Of a stretch of 64,000 nucleotides of DNA, positions 63,683-64,000 are shown piece by piece. Source of the stretch: Lingula anatina (Eukaryota > Animalia > Brachiopoda); NCBI GenBank assembly GCA_051362555.1, contig CM120643.1, positions 5,456,001 to 5,520,000 of the forward strand. The letters run 5' to 3'. Under the pieces are notes generated by a model. It had not been told where the DNA came from and searched no databases. It saw nothing but the letters and a program-made list of their open reading frames with translations. Positions within the stretch are counted from its first letter, which is position 1, and each line of letters begins with the position of its first letter. The position numbers were made by a program, and so were the translations under genes.

Positions 63683-64000
63683 TATATGCTGAAAAAAGTG
63701 AAAAAACAGCATAAATTCCCTAAAAGTGACCCGATCATGCTGATTTTCGAACCTGACCTGCGTATTATGAATATTCATCAGTTCTGTAAGTTTCAAACCA
63801 AAAGAATAAACAATTTTCCACTTATCGTGTTATCGGTAAAAGTGCACGGCGACGACGGCGACGGCGACGACAGACGCAGATGATGGCTATATGTACAGAC
63901 ACATCTGTGTCTGTACATAAAAAGCATGTATGAGTGTAGTACATATTCGTACTCCATCACGTGATTGGTTGTTGAGACGATAGAAATGTGAGTACATATA

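Larger units (their letters stand above)
61600..63923 (+). mobile_element. HINE/pearl-like element with ~160-bp tandem core repeats, interrupted by a Tc1 (5' end not defined)
   Basis: Units begin tatatgctg at 61751, 61911 and 63683. A gacggc-type microsatellite (~63846-63877) precedes the perfect hairpin tatgtacagacaca-tc-tgtgtctgtacata (63890-63919) and an A-run. Confidence 0.7.

Overview
AT-rich eukaryotic DNA (repeat types suggest a marine invertebrate such as a mollusc; inference) with no recognisable host protein gene. Positions 1-50297 are the right part of a tandem array of ~3.55-kb monomers (~13.6 copies). About 1.66 kb of each monomer is a decayed Tc1-like transposon with TIRs and TA flanks, and a ~0.4-kb non-TE core is nearly invariant. 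The left copies are almost identical; further right they alternate in a ~7.1-kb dimer. The last monomer carries a 2-kb TIR element with a TTAT duplication. The array then ends at a LINE ORF2 fragment, followed by a diverged fossil monomer interrupted by a structurally complete 5.1-kb DIRS1-type retrotransposon. The last ~6 kb hold microsatellites, Helentron-associated-type repeats and a related frameshifted DD34E Tc1. Best leads: a possible functional element in the invariant core, a -1 frameshift site in the DIRS element, and a local hop of the dead Tc1. All comparisons were made by eye; no database search or alignment was run.
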